Source: Eledone cirrhosa
Lineage: Eukaryota
NCBI GenBank assembly: GCA_964016885.1
Contig: OZ024740.1
Coordinates: 368,714,001-368,778,000 of the forward strand
Reading direction: 5' to 3'
DNA length: 64,000 bases
Made by a program: the position numbers and the translations under genes. The notes under the pieces were generated by a model that did no database searches, was not told where the DNA came from, and saw nothing but the letters and a program-made list of their open reading frames with translations. This document shows, one piece after another, positions 1 through 14,400 of this stretch; positions within the stretch are counted from its first letter, which is position 1, and every line of letters begins with the position of its first letter.

Positions 1-324
<324 letters not shown>

Positions 325-2569
325 TCAGTGAGTGTGTTTGTGTATGTATTCTTACTTTCTTATCGATATAATCAGTTTTCAATTCACCCGCTTTACGATA
401 ACGAGTTCGAGTATATTATTATAAACTTTTAGTTTACGTTTTAACTCATACGTCATAAATAAATGTTATGATATCTCTCATGATTGCTGAGCATTTGGAA
501 CTAAAATGTTTAATGCAATTCTCTTTCTATACATATTTCTTTTTTTTAATTTCCATATTTTTTTGTCTGTTGTATTCAGCAGTTTTGCAGTTTACTGTCG
601 TTAACAATGAGCTAAATTTGAGAAAACGAACATCTATCAACGTCGTTCAATGTATCACTTAAAAAATAGTTTAGCGAGAAAATGATTATTATTACATATA
701 TTTACGTTAGGAAGCACTTTACTGATATTTCCCTTGAACGCATTAGTGAATGATCGGTTAGAAAATGTGATGTAAAAATAACACAATATATGTATGCAAA
801 TTTAATAGACACATTATTGACATATGCAGATTTTTGCGCAGTCTATGCAGCTGCGTTATATTCCACTAAATACGTATTTTACATTCAGACATCAGCTGAC
901 AGCTTCAAAGGATTAAAAGAAGAAAATATAATTTTTTATCAAGAAATTATAATCAATATTCAACTAGTAGTTTTCAAAATCTGTTATTTTTTTTCCTTTT
1001 GCGTTTTCTCCTTTTTTAAATATTAAATATATAGGTACCATTTTATTTTTACCCATTTTATTTCGGAAAGGCGACATCAGTTCTAACGACTACCCGTGCA
1101 TGTCCAATTCTGAAATCTTGTGATTCATTATTCAGAAGAGAACAAAAATTACCATAAAACGACTAATAGATGAATAGTGTGTAGCCATCTTCTACATAGT
1201 ATATTAGTTATACAAAAAGACCACCATTGCATGACTTCAAACATCATATTCACTGAGCAGATACAGAAAAGATTCAAAGGCAACAAATGTTTTTGTAGCA
1301 ATACCAAAAGTAATATTTCAGCAGATTTTTTTATGGTATATAAAATCAAATTTCCATCCGAATCAATGCGTTTGATAGAAACTTTTCTCAATGTACATAG
1401 ACCCCTCAAATTAATTTTACGCACAAATAATCTTAACGGCCGCCCATCTTGTATCGGCTGTATCAGTCCATTGTCTGACCCCCCCCCCTAGGATCATGCA
1501 TTACTTCTCAAATTTCTACTGGATAACTCTACGTCCATGCATTTAAATTTGAATTATTAGATCTATTGGAGATTGTGCACACGAAAGCGAAAAATTGACA
1601 GCTATAACAGTAACGTTTTGACCAATCAATGAACGAGAAATAGCCGGTCTAGTGAAGAGTGTTATTCAAATTAGTCTGAAAAATGTGTTTCACACTCTAA
1701 AAGGAACATTCTGTATATTTAAACCTCTTACTTTATTGCATCGAAATATGACACTTATGGGAATTTCCCGATACTATGTTCGTATAATAGGTGAATATTC
1801 ATGCGAAAATCCAGTATTCCTATTCAGAAAAATATTAGGTACTCTTTGTCTACTATTATTTTCCAACATAATTAATCAATCTACACCCTGAGTGGTGTCA
1901 CTGCATCACACAACAAGATTGAAGGTTATATAAAAAATGGTTAAAAACTATATATTGTTTATCTGGTGGCACTATGTCTAGTAGTATTTCTATTTTTCCC
2001 TGAATTCAAGCATAAATATGACAGATTCTGATCTGCTCAACGACTAGGTAAATTCATAGTTACTCTAGTTAAGGTAATTCAACGAATTCATGCAACTTAC
2101 CCATTTAAATTCAGCTGTGTCTCTATTCCAAAATGAACAAATTCATCAATCATTCGTCCTCAAATTACAAACAATTCCTTGACGATATAATACTAGAAAC
2201 TCTGCACAGTTACTTTTCGAGATAATAGAATATCACACGAATGTACATAATTAAGAATTGATTTTCTAACACGACAAATAACCAGTATACATCGTTTTCG
2301 AAACATACGCCATATTTTGCTGCACATAAGCCATCACAATTATAATTTAACCCAAGGAGCAAATTATAAGGAAACAATAAATAAAGCTCAATCAAATAAA
2401 ACACAAAAGTAAGGAAAAACTACAATAAACCCAGAACAAATTAATCAAAGCACATATGAGGACAAAACATATTGACTTATCCAAAGATTGCAATGTGACA
2501 ACATCTGACGAATATGTCGAAGTATCTATTGATACAATCATATCTCGGAGTCTACAACAGCCATAACTG

Positions 2570-2633
2570 CCGCTGCTACTAATACAACTACAACTGCCGC
2601 TACTACTACTTCTACTGATGTTGCTGCTGCTGG

Positions 2634-2707
<74 letters not shown>

Positions 2708-2722
2708 TAATAATAATAATAA
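2570..2722. repeat. (CTA)n/(TAA)n trinucleotide microsatellite
   Basis: A ctactacta run grades into taataataa, directly upstream of the LINE fragment. Confidence 0.95.
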
Positions 2723-2736
2723 GACAGACAGAAAAA

Positions 2737-5070
2737 TGAAATAGTTAAGGAGCCAGAAAAGATACCATCATGGCTAGTTAATGGCATTACATTCCCGCTT
2801 CCGAAGAATGATGAGACAAACAATCCCCAAAATTACAGACCGAAACTTGCTTGACCACAATGTATACGATGTTAACATCAGTCCTAACTAAATATACATA
2901 TGACCACCTGATAACAAATGATCTATTTCCCAATGAGCAGTAAGGGTGTAAACGAGGCTCATATGGCTGTAAGGATCAGCTTTTGGTTAACAAAATGATA
3001 CAGGAAGATTGTCATAATAGACACAAAAATCTATCACTTGCTTGGATAGATTATAAAAATGCATTCGATAGTCTGCCACACAGATGGATTGAAAAATGTT
3101 TAGAGACTTTCAAAATATCTCCCGTTGTCAGGAGGATGTTGTCATTCAGTATGAAGACATGGAAAACGACACTCCTTTTGAATAGTGAAACAAAATAACT
3201 GGAAGCTGGAGAAGTTAATATTAATTGTGGAATTTTTCAGGGTGACTCTTTATCACCGCTTTTATTCTGTATCGCACTTATACCATTAAGTAAAATGCAC
3301 AATGAAACAAAAGATGGATATAAAGTCTATTACCAAACCATTAATCACTTGTTCTACAACGATGACGTGAAACTATTTGCAAAAAATGATGAACAATTGC
3401 ATGGGCTACTATCCACTGTGGATGACATTAAAATTGGTTTGGACTATCCATTGATGACATTAAAATTGGTTTGGACTAGATAAATGCGCCAAAGCAACGT
3501 TCACCAGAGGAAAGCTACTGAAAAGTTCAGACATTAATCTTGATCGGGGGAATGTGATAATAGAACTTGATCAAGAGGAAACTTACAAATATCTAGGTGT
3601 TTGTGAAGGAGACAGAATCAAGCACTCGACAATGAGGGAAAGGATAAGGAAGGAATGTTACAGCAGAGTGAGAGCAATCTTAAGAACGGAATTGAATGCT
3701 AGGATCGATGCCATACCAGTAGTAACCTACAGTTACAATGTCAACAACTGGTCAAGCACAGAGATCCGTAGGCTCGATACAAAAATTAGAAACTTCTTAA
3801 CCATGCACAGAATGCATCACCCTAAGGCAGATACTGATAGAATATATCTCCCTAGGAAAGAAGGAGGGCGTGGTTTAATCCAGTTAGATATTGCGTTGAA
3901 AACTGCAACAATTGGATTATCTACATATCTAAGGGAATCACATGATTGGATGATGAAACTCGTTTTGAAACACGAAAGCATCAAAGAATCATACTCCATT
4001 ACAAAAGATGCACAAAGATAGAGTCATGGAGTACAAATTTCAGAAGTCCCATTTACTGCTGAAATGGAAAACACAGAAAAAGCAAAGCAGGTAAAAGTAA
4101 CTGCAAAGAAAGAACTGCTACCAAAACTGTCTAAGATATGGCAAGAAAAGCCTCTGTATGTAAAATACCCAGAAAGAGCTAACAATCCTGATGTTGACAA
4201 AACCTTAACCCATATCTGTGGCTGGCATCCTCTGGACTGACATCGAAGACTGAAGGACTGATTATATCAGCACAAGATCAGTGTCTGCCAACAAAAAATT
4301 ACCAAGCCAACATAATAAAAAATGGATGCAGCCCATTATGCTGTGTATCTAAAAAAACAACCAGAGACCATTCATCATATAATTTCAATGTGCAGTCCTA
4401 TAGCTCCAACCGAATACCTAAACAGGCATGACAGAGCTGCACAATACATACATGGATAATGTGTAAGCATTTTGACCTGCCACATCAAAAGAATTGGTGG
4501 AAGCATCAACCAGCACCCATACTTGAAAAAGATCACATCTCAATCGTGTAGAACTTTATCATCCAAACAGACCGAAAAATAGATTCAAATAGACCTGACA
4601 TAACACTGAAGGACTTTAAAATGAGGGTATGACTGCTAATTGATATGTCCGTTCCAATAGACAAGAATGTATCTATAAAAATATTTGAAAAATTGAGCAA
4701 GTATAAGGACCTGGAGATAGAAATTGGAAAAATGTGGAAAATGAGGACTAAAACAATACCAGTGGTTGTAGGCGGTCTAGGAATGATACTTAAGGCGTCT
4801 AATGATTACTTATCGCAAATCCCAGGAAACCTGCGTATAGGAGAAATACAAAAGATAGTACTAATGGGAACTGCCCATATACTAAGGAAGATTCTGTCAA
4901 TATAAGTACATCACAAGTCTAAACACCTAAAGATGCATGTGTATGTAAGTACGTTCTTTCATGAACATGGCGGACCTTGTTGTCTCTTGAGGTCACTGAT
5001 TGTGACTTGGTGACAACTCGTATGAACATAAAGCAAGTTAAATGCAACTATAATAATAATAATAATAATA
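2737..5070 (+). mobile_element. 5'-truncated, decayed R4/Dong-like RLE non-LTR retrotransposon, family A copy 1
   Basis: RT motifs ([31 protein letters not shown]), YKYLG, RKEGGRGL and the RLE C-terminus (KLSKYKDL..IPVVVG) are present with many stops. It is colinear with 33557-35866 and ends in a (TAA)n tail. Confidence 0.93.
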
Positions 5071-5230
5071 ATTGTTTCTACTTTAGGCACAAGGCCAGCA
5101 ATCATCCCAGTGTATTACTGGTACTTTATTTTATCGACCCCGTAACGATGAAAGGCAAAGTTAACCTCGGCGGGATTTGAACTCACGCCATAAAGGGCCG
5201 TAACTATTTGCTGCAAAGCATCAAAGAATT
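5070..5230 (-). mobile_element. tRNA-derived SINE (partial)
   Basis: Reverse complement has the B-box GAGTTCAAATCCC and the core CTTTGCCTTTCATC..GGGGTCGATAAAATAAAGTACCAG; same family as 5872, 6431, 21212 and 38904. Confidence 0.85.
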
Positions 5231-5871
5231 ACGGCCCTTTATGGTCTGAATAATAATAATTGCGAATGATTCCTGGTTTACCCTCTCTGCACGAGGTCCA
5301 ACAAATTGTTTTGACTGGTACTCTACACGTATTGAGAAGAGCACTATCTCTGTACGATTGATATCCCTCCTTGTATATACATATGCATATGCACATGTGT
5401 ATACATGTATACTGTCTTTTTTTATTATAATCAATGTGCTGTATTAACCTGCTTAGCAATGCACACTCTGAATTTATTTGCCCTAGGTGTCAGGAAGACA
5501 CTCGGCATATATCACAGAAACAATAATGACAGAAAATAATAATAATATTTTTATTAGCGACAAGGGCCGACATGTAGGGTACAATACGAAAGACAGGGAC
5601 AGTGGTGGTTTTGCCAGAAAATCGAGTAAACAATATCTAACACAATAACAACAAACAAACAAAAAAAAATAAAAATAAAAATTGCCCAATAAGAGGCGAA
5701 GCAGCTTTTGGATGACTGAGGTAACCCATTGATCCTGAACCACATGAAATTTTAAGAGCATCCCATCAAGTGAACCCCTATGTCATCTGAAGACGTCATG
5801 GATTGCATCATGTATCATGAGGTAACCATTTCAACACAGAAATATTTAGCGTGGCTATTGGGGAAATAAAT

Positions 5872-6060
5872 AATTGTTTCTACTTTAGACACAAGGCCAG
5901 CAATTACCCAGTGCATTACTAGTACTTTATTTTATCGACCCCGTAAGGATGAAAGGCAAAGTCAACGACGGCGGGATTTGAACTCAGATCGTAAAGGGAC
6001 GTAACTATGCTGGAAAGCATGGCGTCCGACCCTCTACCGATACTGCCAATCCACCGCCCT
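5872..6060 (-). mobile_element. tRNA-derived SINE, near full length (Meta-domain-like core, resembles an abundant octopus SINE)
   Basis: Reverse complement: GGGCGGTGGATTGGCAGTATCGGTAGAG (A-box-like), GAGTTCAAATCCC (B-box), the conserved core, and tail GTAGAAACAATT. The family name is from recollection only. Confidence 0.88.
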
Positions 6061-6430
6061 TGGGGAAAGAAATAATGAAATCTTGCCTTCTCTTGTATCA
6101 TCTGCATATTTAACTCTGTCCTGTAGTACCCATACTATACGATATGAAACATTGTAGAATACACACGGTGTCGTTTGTTTTTTTTCTTGAACACTATGAT
6201 TCTCCTGATTGAAGCATATGTGTGTGTGTGTGTGTGTGTATGTATAGTATTTTGATGCAAAACATCCGACTGAAGCCTGGGCTTGTCCCCAGGCGAATAT
6301 TTGGATTGCATTGTTTATTTAAATTATGTTTCAAATTACTTTTCATACATTTTGACTGATATGATTCCATCTACACAGTAATACACATATGAGTATTACT
6401 GTGTAAATTCCATTAATTAGAATGACTACC

Positions 6431-6615
6431 GGTGTATTGGTAGTATCGGTAGAGTGTCGGACGCCATGATTTCCAGCTTAGTTACGTCCCTTTGCGGTCT
6501 GAGTTCAAATCCCGCCGAGGTTAAATTTGCTTTTCATCCTCACGGGGTCGATAAAATAAAGTACCAGTAATGTACTGGGTAATTGCTGGCTTTGTGCCTA
6601 AAGTAAAAACAATTA
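6431..6615 (+). mobile_element. tRNA-derived SINE
   Basis: Same A-box, B-box and core as 5872-6060, in the opposite orientation. Confidence 0.88.
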
Positions 6616-7579
6616 ATTACAATGACTACCTAATGAACGATTAATGAATAAAAACTAGCTTCAAATCTTATAATCAATGCGCAATAATTTCTTAATCTGT
6701 GGAATCGCGTCTGGTATCCCTGAATGATTTTAAGTGTAAAAATATATTTGAGGGCACTCAAGTTTGTTTTAATTTCATATGGATTTCAAAAGTCTTCCAA
6801 GAGATTTAATGGCACATACGAATATATATTATTTTAATTTATTTTGTCGAAATCTATTGCAGTTATCATTCGTATTTCACTCTTTTGCAGGAAATTGTTT
6901 TGTAATAATTTGCATTTCAATTGATATAATGAAAGAGTTGACCAGTGAAGGTGGAAAACAAGATGAATCAGAAAATAGTAGATCAATAATGCTAAATATG
7001 CTCAATGGAAAAAGCATTTCTACTAGCATTTGGAACTAACTGTAAAATGATTGTGATTGAAATTAAATGTTTGAACCATATATTCATAACCTATGCACGC
7101 AACCTTCGTACTTATAGCATAGAAGAACTAGGCATCACCCCGTTTTAGATTAAAATACCTTTATGAAAAATTGTGAAGCATACCTGCGACATATTCCACC
7201 ATTTTGAAATTTGTACCATAGGTCCTGTCACGTTAAAACACGCGTCACCAAATAGTATAATTTTAGTCGTGTTTTCATGCATCATATCAAAGAATAGGCG
7301 GGTTGCAACTGCCATATCACACTGAAACAGAAAAGAAAAACAAATAACAAATATTATCTATCGTGTTGATATTTAATATAATATTTAGGAAAGTTGTGGA
7401 AATGAAGCTTAAAAATAAACTAACATCCTGACAGAGATAATTTTTTTTTTTTTTATATTTCGAAAATCATTTTTTTGAGAGGAACATTTGTTATTCCCTA
7501 AATGAATTAATTTATACGCTAGACAATTTATCATGAGTGCTGAATATATATTTCCTTCTCTATATTCCCCTCGCTCTCA

Positions 7580-7625
<46 letters not shown>

Positions 7626-7633
7626 ACGCGCGC

Positions 7634-7668
<35 letters not shown>

Positions 7669-7680
7669 TATAAATATATA

Positions 7681-7721
<41 letters not shown>

Positions 7722-7828
7722 ATCTATAAAGAGGGGAGGATTTCATTTTCAAATAAGGCAAATCTCATCCAAACTATACATATATATCTATGAGTAAACA
7801 AGTCAGTGTGTGAATGTGTGCATACCAA

Positions 7829-7882
<54 letters not shown>

Positions 7883-8204
7883 TTGCATATGTACATAATT
7901 GCGTTTATTATAATTATCTTTAAATGTAAGACAGTAAAAAATTACTTAGGAAATCGTATAAAGTATTTTTATAGACGTCTGCTGGCCACTTTCTTCCCTA
8001 AATAGGCATATTTAATTGATTTTCGAAGCTATTATTTATTGTAAGTAATAGTCTTCACAGTTATGTTCTGCGTTTACGATTTATGCAATTGCAATCACCT
8101 CGATGCACCAATGGTTTATTTACAGATTAGAGCAAACATCACTGGCGCTCTATCTCAACATTATTTTTGATATGCATTAGAAATGCGCAACAGGTGAAAG
8201 CTTG

Positions 8205-8450
8205 AAACTAAAACAGAATACTAACCAATACTTATTACTAATTTATACTTATTCCTAATTAAACTATTTTCAGTGGGAAACATTTGTTAGCATTTTCTTT
8301 TCCTTTTACTAATATATATATATATAAAACTAAAACAGAATACTAACCAATACATATTACTAATTTATAGTTATTTCTAATTAAACTATTTTCACTGGGA
8401 AAAAATTGTCAGCATTTTCTTTTCCTTTTACTAATATATATATATATATA
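8205..8450. repeat. About 122-bp tandem duplication
   Basis: aaactaaaacagaatactaaccaatac...ttttcttttccttttactaatatata occurs at about 8205 and about 8327. Confidence 0.85.
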
Positions 8451-8752
8451 TTGTTATACTTTGGGAGGGTCATGTTGCCAATAAGAAACACACGCACCAG
8501 TTGCTTTCACTTCAATTTATTATATATTTATAAATTTATAAATTTACAAATTTACAAACTTATAAATTTCTGGTTGGTTGGTTGGTTCCACAACCAGATA
8601 GTTGTTTATATATAGTCATAGTCCTTTCGTCACACACTCTGTGACCTCTTCAGTGTGTTTCTTATTGGCAACATGACCCTCCCAAAGTATAACAATATCG
8701 GTTTCAACACACGATTTCAGATAAAGAATCTTGCTAAACAAATTCAGAAACG

Positions 8753-8755
<3 letters not shown>
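8450..8755 (-). mobile_element. Short HHR-bearing pLTR-like foldback insert (same family as 43822-44526)
   Basis: Near identical to 43881-44090. HHR core on the minus strand at 8614-8655 (CTGAAGA GGTCAC..GTGAC GAAA GGAC TA TGACT). The terminus is inverted at 8654-8755 and the insert is flanked by (TA)n. Confidence 0.8.
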
Positions 8756-8792
<37 letters not shown>

Positions 8793-8815
8793 TATTTATT
8801 AAAATAACAGATTAA

Positions 8816-8866
8816 AGTTTAAGCAAAGAATCGCTGCTTTCACCCTTAACGGGATCTTCTGAAACT
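8816..8866 (-). ncRNA. Hammerhead ribozyme-like motif (inverted copy of 11312-11362)
   Basis: Reverse-complement copy of the motif at 11312-11362. Confidence 0.55.
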
Positions 8867-11311
8867 AACAAAGTCAATCTGTAAACGCAGAAGTGGATAT
8901 TTCAAAAAACGTTGCAACTGGGGAACGACAGGAAGATGATACTTTGGTTCGTGGAAACGTTCCCTGGCAAAGAACGGGAAAAAACGAATATAATACGTCA
9001 TTAATAGGAGCGGTGAAAAACAATTACGCGCAAAGACAGAACCACGTTTATGGTATAAAAGAGGTCATAGACTAATGTTCCCTTAGGTGGTTCATAGAGA
9101 CGTTCTCTGGCAATGAACGAAAAAAACGAAGATAATACGTCATATGTGGATCGTGGAGAACAATTGCACGCAAAGACAAAATCACGTAAATGGTATATCA
9201 GAAGTCGTAGACTAAAATTCTAACTAGGAGACCGAATGAATCTCCGCTTCAGAGTTAAGAACAAAATAAATAAATACAATACAGATGTAATAGAAATTAA
9301 ATAAATACATACACGTATACAGGCTTCAACCTCTCTATAGAGATTGAGGCCAATCTCTCGGTCGTTAATTACCTCGACGTTAATTACCTCGACGTTAATT
9401 ACCTCGATCGTTAATTACCTCGACGTTACCCTCAATTTATTGAATGGTTTGTATTAGCCGTGTAGAAAGCCGAATGATACGTTTAATTACATAATTAAGC
9501 ATTCCAACCATCCTGCCAGAATAACCAAGAACCTGGTAAGAAACGATTCGTTGAGGCTTTCTCGTCTATCTACTAACAAGCATATTTTCAACGACCATTC
9601 CACTTATTACAAGGAAGCTCTTGCTCGGAGTGGATTTGTCGATAAGGTAGCATATACAGAGTACGAAAATCGACCTGGAAGAAATAGATCCCGTCGAATT
9701 TGTTGGTATAACCCACCATATAATATGGAGGTGGCCACACCATTAGCTAAGATCTTTCTTTCCCTTATTACGAAGCATTTCCCCCTACACATAAATATAG
9801 TAAAATGTTTCATAGAAATACTATCAAAGTTTCTTACTCTACGACTCCTAACCTTGCACATAACATCACAGCTTCAAATTTAGCTAAACTACCTAGCCAT
9901 AGGAACACGTGCAACCCTGTAGTTAGTACTAACTGTAATTGTAGGACTCGGGTTGATTGCCCCCTATCCGGGAAATGCCTCTCTAGTAACACTGTCTACA
10001 AATATAAGGTTGAAACACCCACGTCCCGTAGGGCCTACATAGGGTTAACCCCCAATAGATTCAAGCAGCGTCTTTACATGCATACCCATTCTTTTCGTTA
10101 CCATCTAAGAAGGAATATGACGTCACTTTCAGCTTATATCTGGAGTCTAAAAGACAACCACACCCAATATAAGTTACATTGCGAGATCCTAGCTAGGGCT
10201 TGATCGTATAACGGAAATAAAAGACCATGTGAGCTCTGCGCCGCTGAGGCCCTGGAAATACTCTACGCCACAGACCCATCTTAAACAAAAAATCTGAGGC
10301 AATTTCGGCTTGTAAACATAAATTGCACAACACTTTCCTGTATTACAGCGCCCCGTTATACCCTAACGGATAGTACGATCTATACGTGGATATGTTTCGT
10401 CTTGAAGTGGTAGCTAAGTATATGTTTTGTTTATACCATTACTTATTTGTATAGGTAAGTATATATTACCTGTATGTTTTGTGAAGGTACGTATACCTTC
10501 TCGTACGCATATTTGATTGTATATGTTATGGCGTATAATTTAATATATTCTGGTACATATGGTTTGGTTATGTGTATACGGGAGTTTTGCTTCTGTGTGA
10601 GTATGCAGGTTCGTACGTATGTAGGGCGTGTGTATATGTGTACTTCATGGTTTGGTTGACTTACGTCTCCGAACATTTGTGTATTTACATGAAGGTATGT
10701 GTGTGCGCTTGTTATATACGTATTTATTTATTTATATACGATTATTTAATTAACTATTTATTTGTATACACGCATACACACACACAGATATTTATATGTG
10801 CGTGGTTTTGTATACCTATGGTATTTGTTTTCGCGTATGCTTCTGTATGTACGTATTTGTATGCGTGTATGTATTTATTTAATTTCTATTACTTCTGTGT
10901 TGTATTTATTTATTTTGTTCTTAACTCTGAAGCGGAGATTCATTCGGTCTCCTAGTTAGAATTTTAGTCTACGACTTCTGATATACCATTTACGTGATTT
11001 GTCTTTGCGTGCAATTGTTCTCCACGATCCACATATGACGTATTATCTTCGTTTTTTTCGTTCATTGCCAGAGAACGTCTCTATAAACCACCTAAGAGAA
11101 CATTAGTCTATGACCTCTTTTATACCATAAACGTGGTTCTGTCTTTGCGCGTAATTGTTTTTCACCGCTCCTATTAATGACGTATTATATTCGTTTTTTC
11201 CCGTTCTTTGCCAGGAAACGTTTTCACGAACCAAAGTATCGTCTTCCTGTCTTCCTCCGGTTGCAACGTTTTTTGAAATATCCACTTCTGCGTTTACAGA
11301 TTGACTTTGTT

Positions 11312-11362
11312 AGTTTCAGAAGATCCCGTTAAGGGTGAAAGCAGCGATTCTTTGCTTAAACT
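11312..11362 (+). ncRNA. Type-I hammerhead ribozyme-like motif, variant core CAGAAGA
   Basis: AGTTT-CAGAAGA-T CCC GTTAA GGG T-GAAA-GCAG CGATTCT TTGC-TT-AAACT. Stems I, II and III pair. It lies about 20 nt from the PLE 3' end. Confidence 0.6.
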
Positions 11363-11457
11363 TTAATCTGTTATTTTAATAAATATTTGCTCTACGGTTC
11401 TTATATATTTGATATATATTTATCCTTATCGAGCCCTCTTTGGATTTTAGTCTTAAC

Positions 11458-11459
<2 letters not shown>

Positions 11460-11490
<31 letters not shown>

Positions 11491-14400
11491 AGTTGCATTT
11501 ATCTTGCTTTATGTTCATACGAGTTATCACCAAGTCACAACCAGTGACCTCAAGAGACAACAAGGTCCGCCATGTTGAAGAAAGAACATACATATTCACA
11601 CATGCATCTTTAGTGTTTAAACTTGTGATGTACTTATATTGACAGAATCTTCCTTAGTATATGGGCAGTTCCCATTAGTACTATATTTTGTATTTCTCCT
11701 ATACGCGGGTTTCCTGGGATTTGCGATAAGTAGTCATTAGACCCCTTAGGTATCATTCCCAGAGCGCCTACAACCACTGGTATTGTTTTAGTTCTCAATT
11801 TCCACATTTTTCCAATTTCTATCTCCAGGTCCTTATACTTGCTCAATTTTTCAAATGTTTTTATAGATACATTCTTGTCTATTGGAACAGACATATCAAT
11901 TAGCAGGCATACCCTCTTTTGAAAGTCCTTCAATATTATATCAGGTCTATTTGCATCTATTTTTCGGTCTGTTTGGATGCTAAAGTTCCACAAGATTGAG
12001 ATGTGATCTTTTTCAAGTATGGGAGGTGGTTGATGCTCCCACCAATTTTTTTGATGGGCAGGTCAAAATGCTTACACATTATCCAATGTATGTATTGTGC
12101 AGCTCTGTCATGCCTGTTTAGGTATTCGGTTGGAGCTATAGGACTGCACATTGAAATTATATGGTCAATGGTCTCTGGTTGTTTTATGCATACACGGCAT
12201 AATGGGCTGCACCCATTTTTTAATATGTTGGCTTGGTAATTTTTTGTTGGCAGACACTGATCTTGTGCCGATATAATCAGTCCTTCAGTCTCCGATTTCA
12301 GTCAAGAGGATGCCAACCACTGATGGGTTAAAGTTTTGTCAACATCAGGATTGTTAGCTCGCTCTGGGTATTTTCCATACAGAGGCTTTTCTTGCCATTT
12401 CTTAGCCAGTTTCTGTAGCAGTTCTTTCTTTGCAGTTACTTTTACCTGCTTTGCTTTTTCTGTGTTTTCCATTTCAGCAGTAAATGGGACTTCTGAAATG
12501 TGTAGTCCATTACTGTATCTTTGTGCATCTTTTGTAATGGAATATGATCTTTTGATGCTTTCGTGTTTCAAGACGAGTTTGATCATCCAATCATGTGATT
12601 CCCTTAGATATGTAGATAATCCAATTGTTGTAGTTTTCAACGCAATGTCTAACTGGATTAACCCACGTCCTCCTTCTTTTCTAGGGAGATATATTCTATC
12701 TATATCTGCCTTAGGGTGATGCATTTTGTGCATGGTTAAGAATTTTCAAATTTTTGTATCGAGCCTACGGATCTCTGTGCTTGACCAGTTGATGACATTA
12801 TAACTGTAGGTTACTACTGGTATGGCAAGCGTGTTTATGGCATCGAACCTATTCCTTGCATTCAATTCCGTTCTTAAGATTGCTCTGACTCTGCGGTAAC
12901 ATTTCTTCCTTATCCTTTCCCTCATTGTCGAGTGCTTGATTCCGTCTCCTTCACAAATACCTAGATATTTGTAAGTTTTTTCTTGATCAAGTTCTCTTAT
13001 CACGTTCCCCCGATCAAGATTAATGTCTGAACTTTTCAGCAGCTTTCCTCTGGTGAACGTTGCTTTGGCGCATTTATCTAGTCCAAACTCCATTTTAATG
13101 TCATCACTGAACTTTTCAGCAGCTTTCCTCTGGTGAACGTTGCTTTGGCGCATTTATCTAGTCCAAACTCCATTTTAATGTCATCACTGAACTGCTTCAC
13201 AGTGGATAATAGCCCCTGCTATTCATCATTTTTTGCAAATAGTTTCAGGTCATCCATGTAGAACAGGTGATTAATGGTTTTGTCATAGACTTTATATCCA
13301 TGTTTTGTTTCATTGAGCATTTTACTTAATGGTATAAGTGCGATGCAGAATAAAAGCGATGATAAAGAGTCACCCTGAAAAATTCCACAATTAATATTAA
13401 CTTCTCCAGCTTCCAGTGATTTTGTTTCACTATTCAAAAGGAGTGTCGTTTTCCATGTCTTCATACTGAATGACAAAAACCTCCTGACAACGGGGGATAT
13501 TTTGAAAATCTCTAAACATTTTTCAATCCAACTGTGTGGCAAACTATCGAATGCTTTTTTGTAATCTGTCCAAGCAATCGATAGATTTTTGTGTCTATTA
13601 TGACAATCTTCCAGTATCATTTTGTTAACCAGAAGCTGATCCTTACAGCCATATGAGCCTCGTTTACACCCTTTCTGCTCAATGGGAAATAGGTCATTTG
13701 TTATCAGGTGGTCATATGTGTATTCAGTTAGGACTGATGTTAACATTTTATACATTGTGGTCAAGCAAGTTATCGGTCTCTAATTTTGGGGATTGTTTGT
13801 CTCATCATTCTTCGGTAGCAGGAATGTGATGACGTTAACTAGCCATGATGGTATCTTTTCTGGCTCCTTAACTATTCCATTGTAAATTTGGGCTAACAGC
13901 TCATGAGACTCTGTGAAGGCATTTATCCAAAAGTTTTGTATTTTGTCTTTTCCTGGGGATTTCCATTTGCTGTTTTTTCTTAGAGCCAAGCGCAACTTTT
14001 CAACTGTTATATTTTCCCATGTTTGTTCCTCAAGGTGAGCTGTATCTTTCATTTGTTTGTCTATCCATGGGGCATGTATGTTATGAACTTTTTCTTCGGC
14101 CCAAATCCTTTCCCAGAATTCTTGCACTTCCTCCTTGTGTGGTATTGATTTAGCAGTTATTGTTGACTTACCAATTTTTCTGTAGAAGTTTCTTTGGTTG
14201 TTTTTGAACATATTATTGTCCTTATAGAATCTAGATCGTTTTTCAAAGCGCCTTATACGAGCAGCTTTGGCCGACACTTTTTGCTTGATTATTTCTATCA
14301 GCATGTCTATGTCACTTGTTGATTTTATACTATACTTTCTTTTCAATTTTCTAAGTTTAGTTTGTTTAACATGTTCACCTACTTTATAGTTTGTTAAAAT

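Larger units (their letters stand above)
8795..11385 (+). mobile_element. 5'-truncated Penelope-like element with an inverted 5' pLTR copy
   Basis: Remnant 9325-10370: VNYLDVTLNL, HSNHP, WYNPPY..KHFP, IKVSYSTTPN, CNC..CPL.GKC, VY..AYIGLT.NRFKQRLY.H (GIY-YIG), CELC. About 525 bp at 8795-9320 is the reverse complement of 10858-11385. Confidence 0.9.

Noticed and set aside
5872-6060. Functional tRNA gene
   Set aside because: A and B boxes are present but no cloverleaf was found; it is multi-copy with a shared non-tRNA core and tail, so it is a SINE.
10201-10203. In-frame TGA in the PLE GIY-YIG region as selenocysteine (reported for some Naiad PLEs)
   Set aside because: The matching position in the other PLEs here is not Cys, the copy has other disabling lesions, and no SECIS was recognised.
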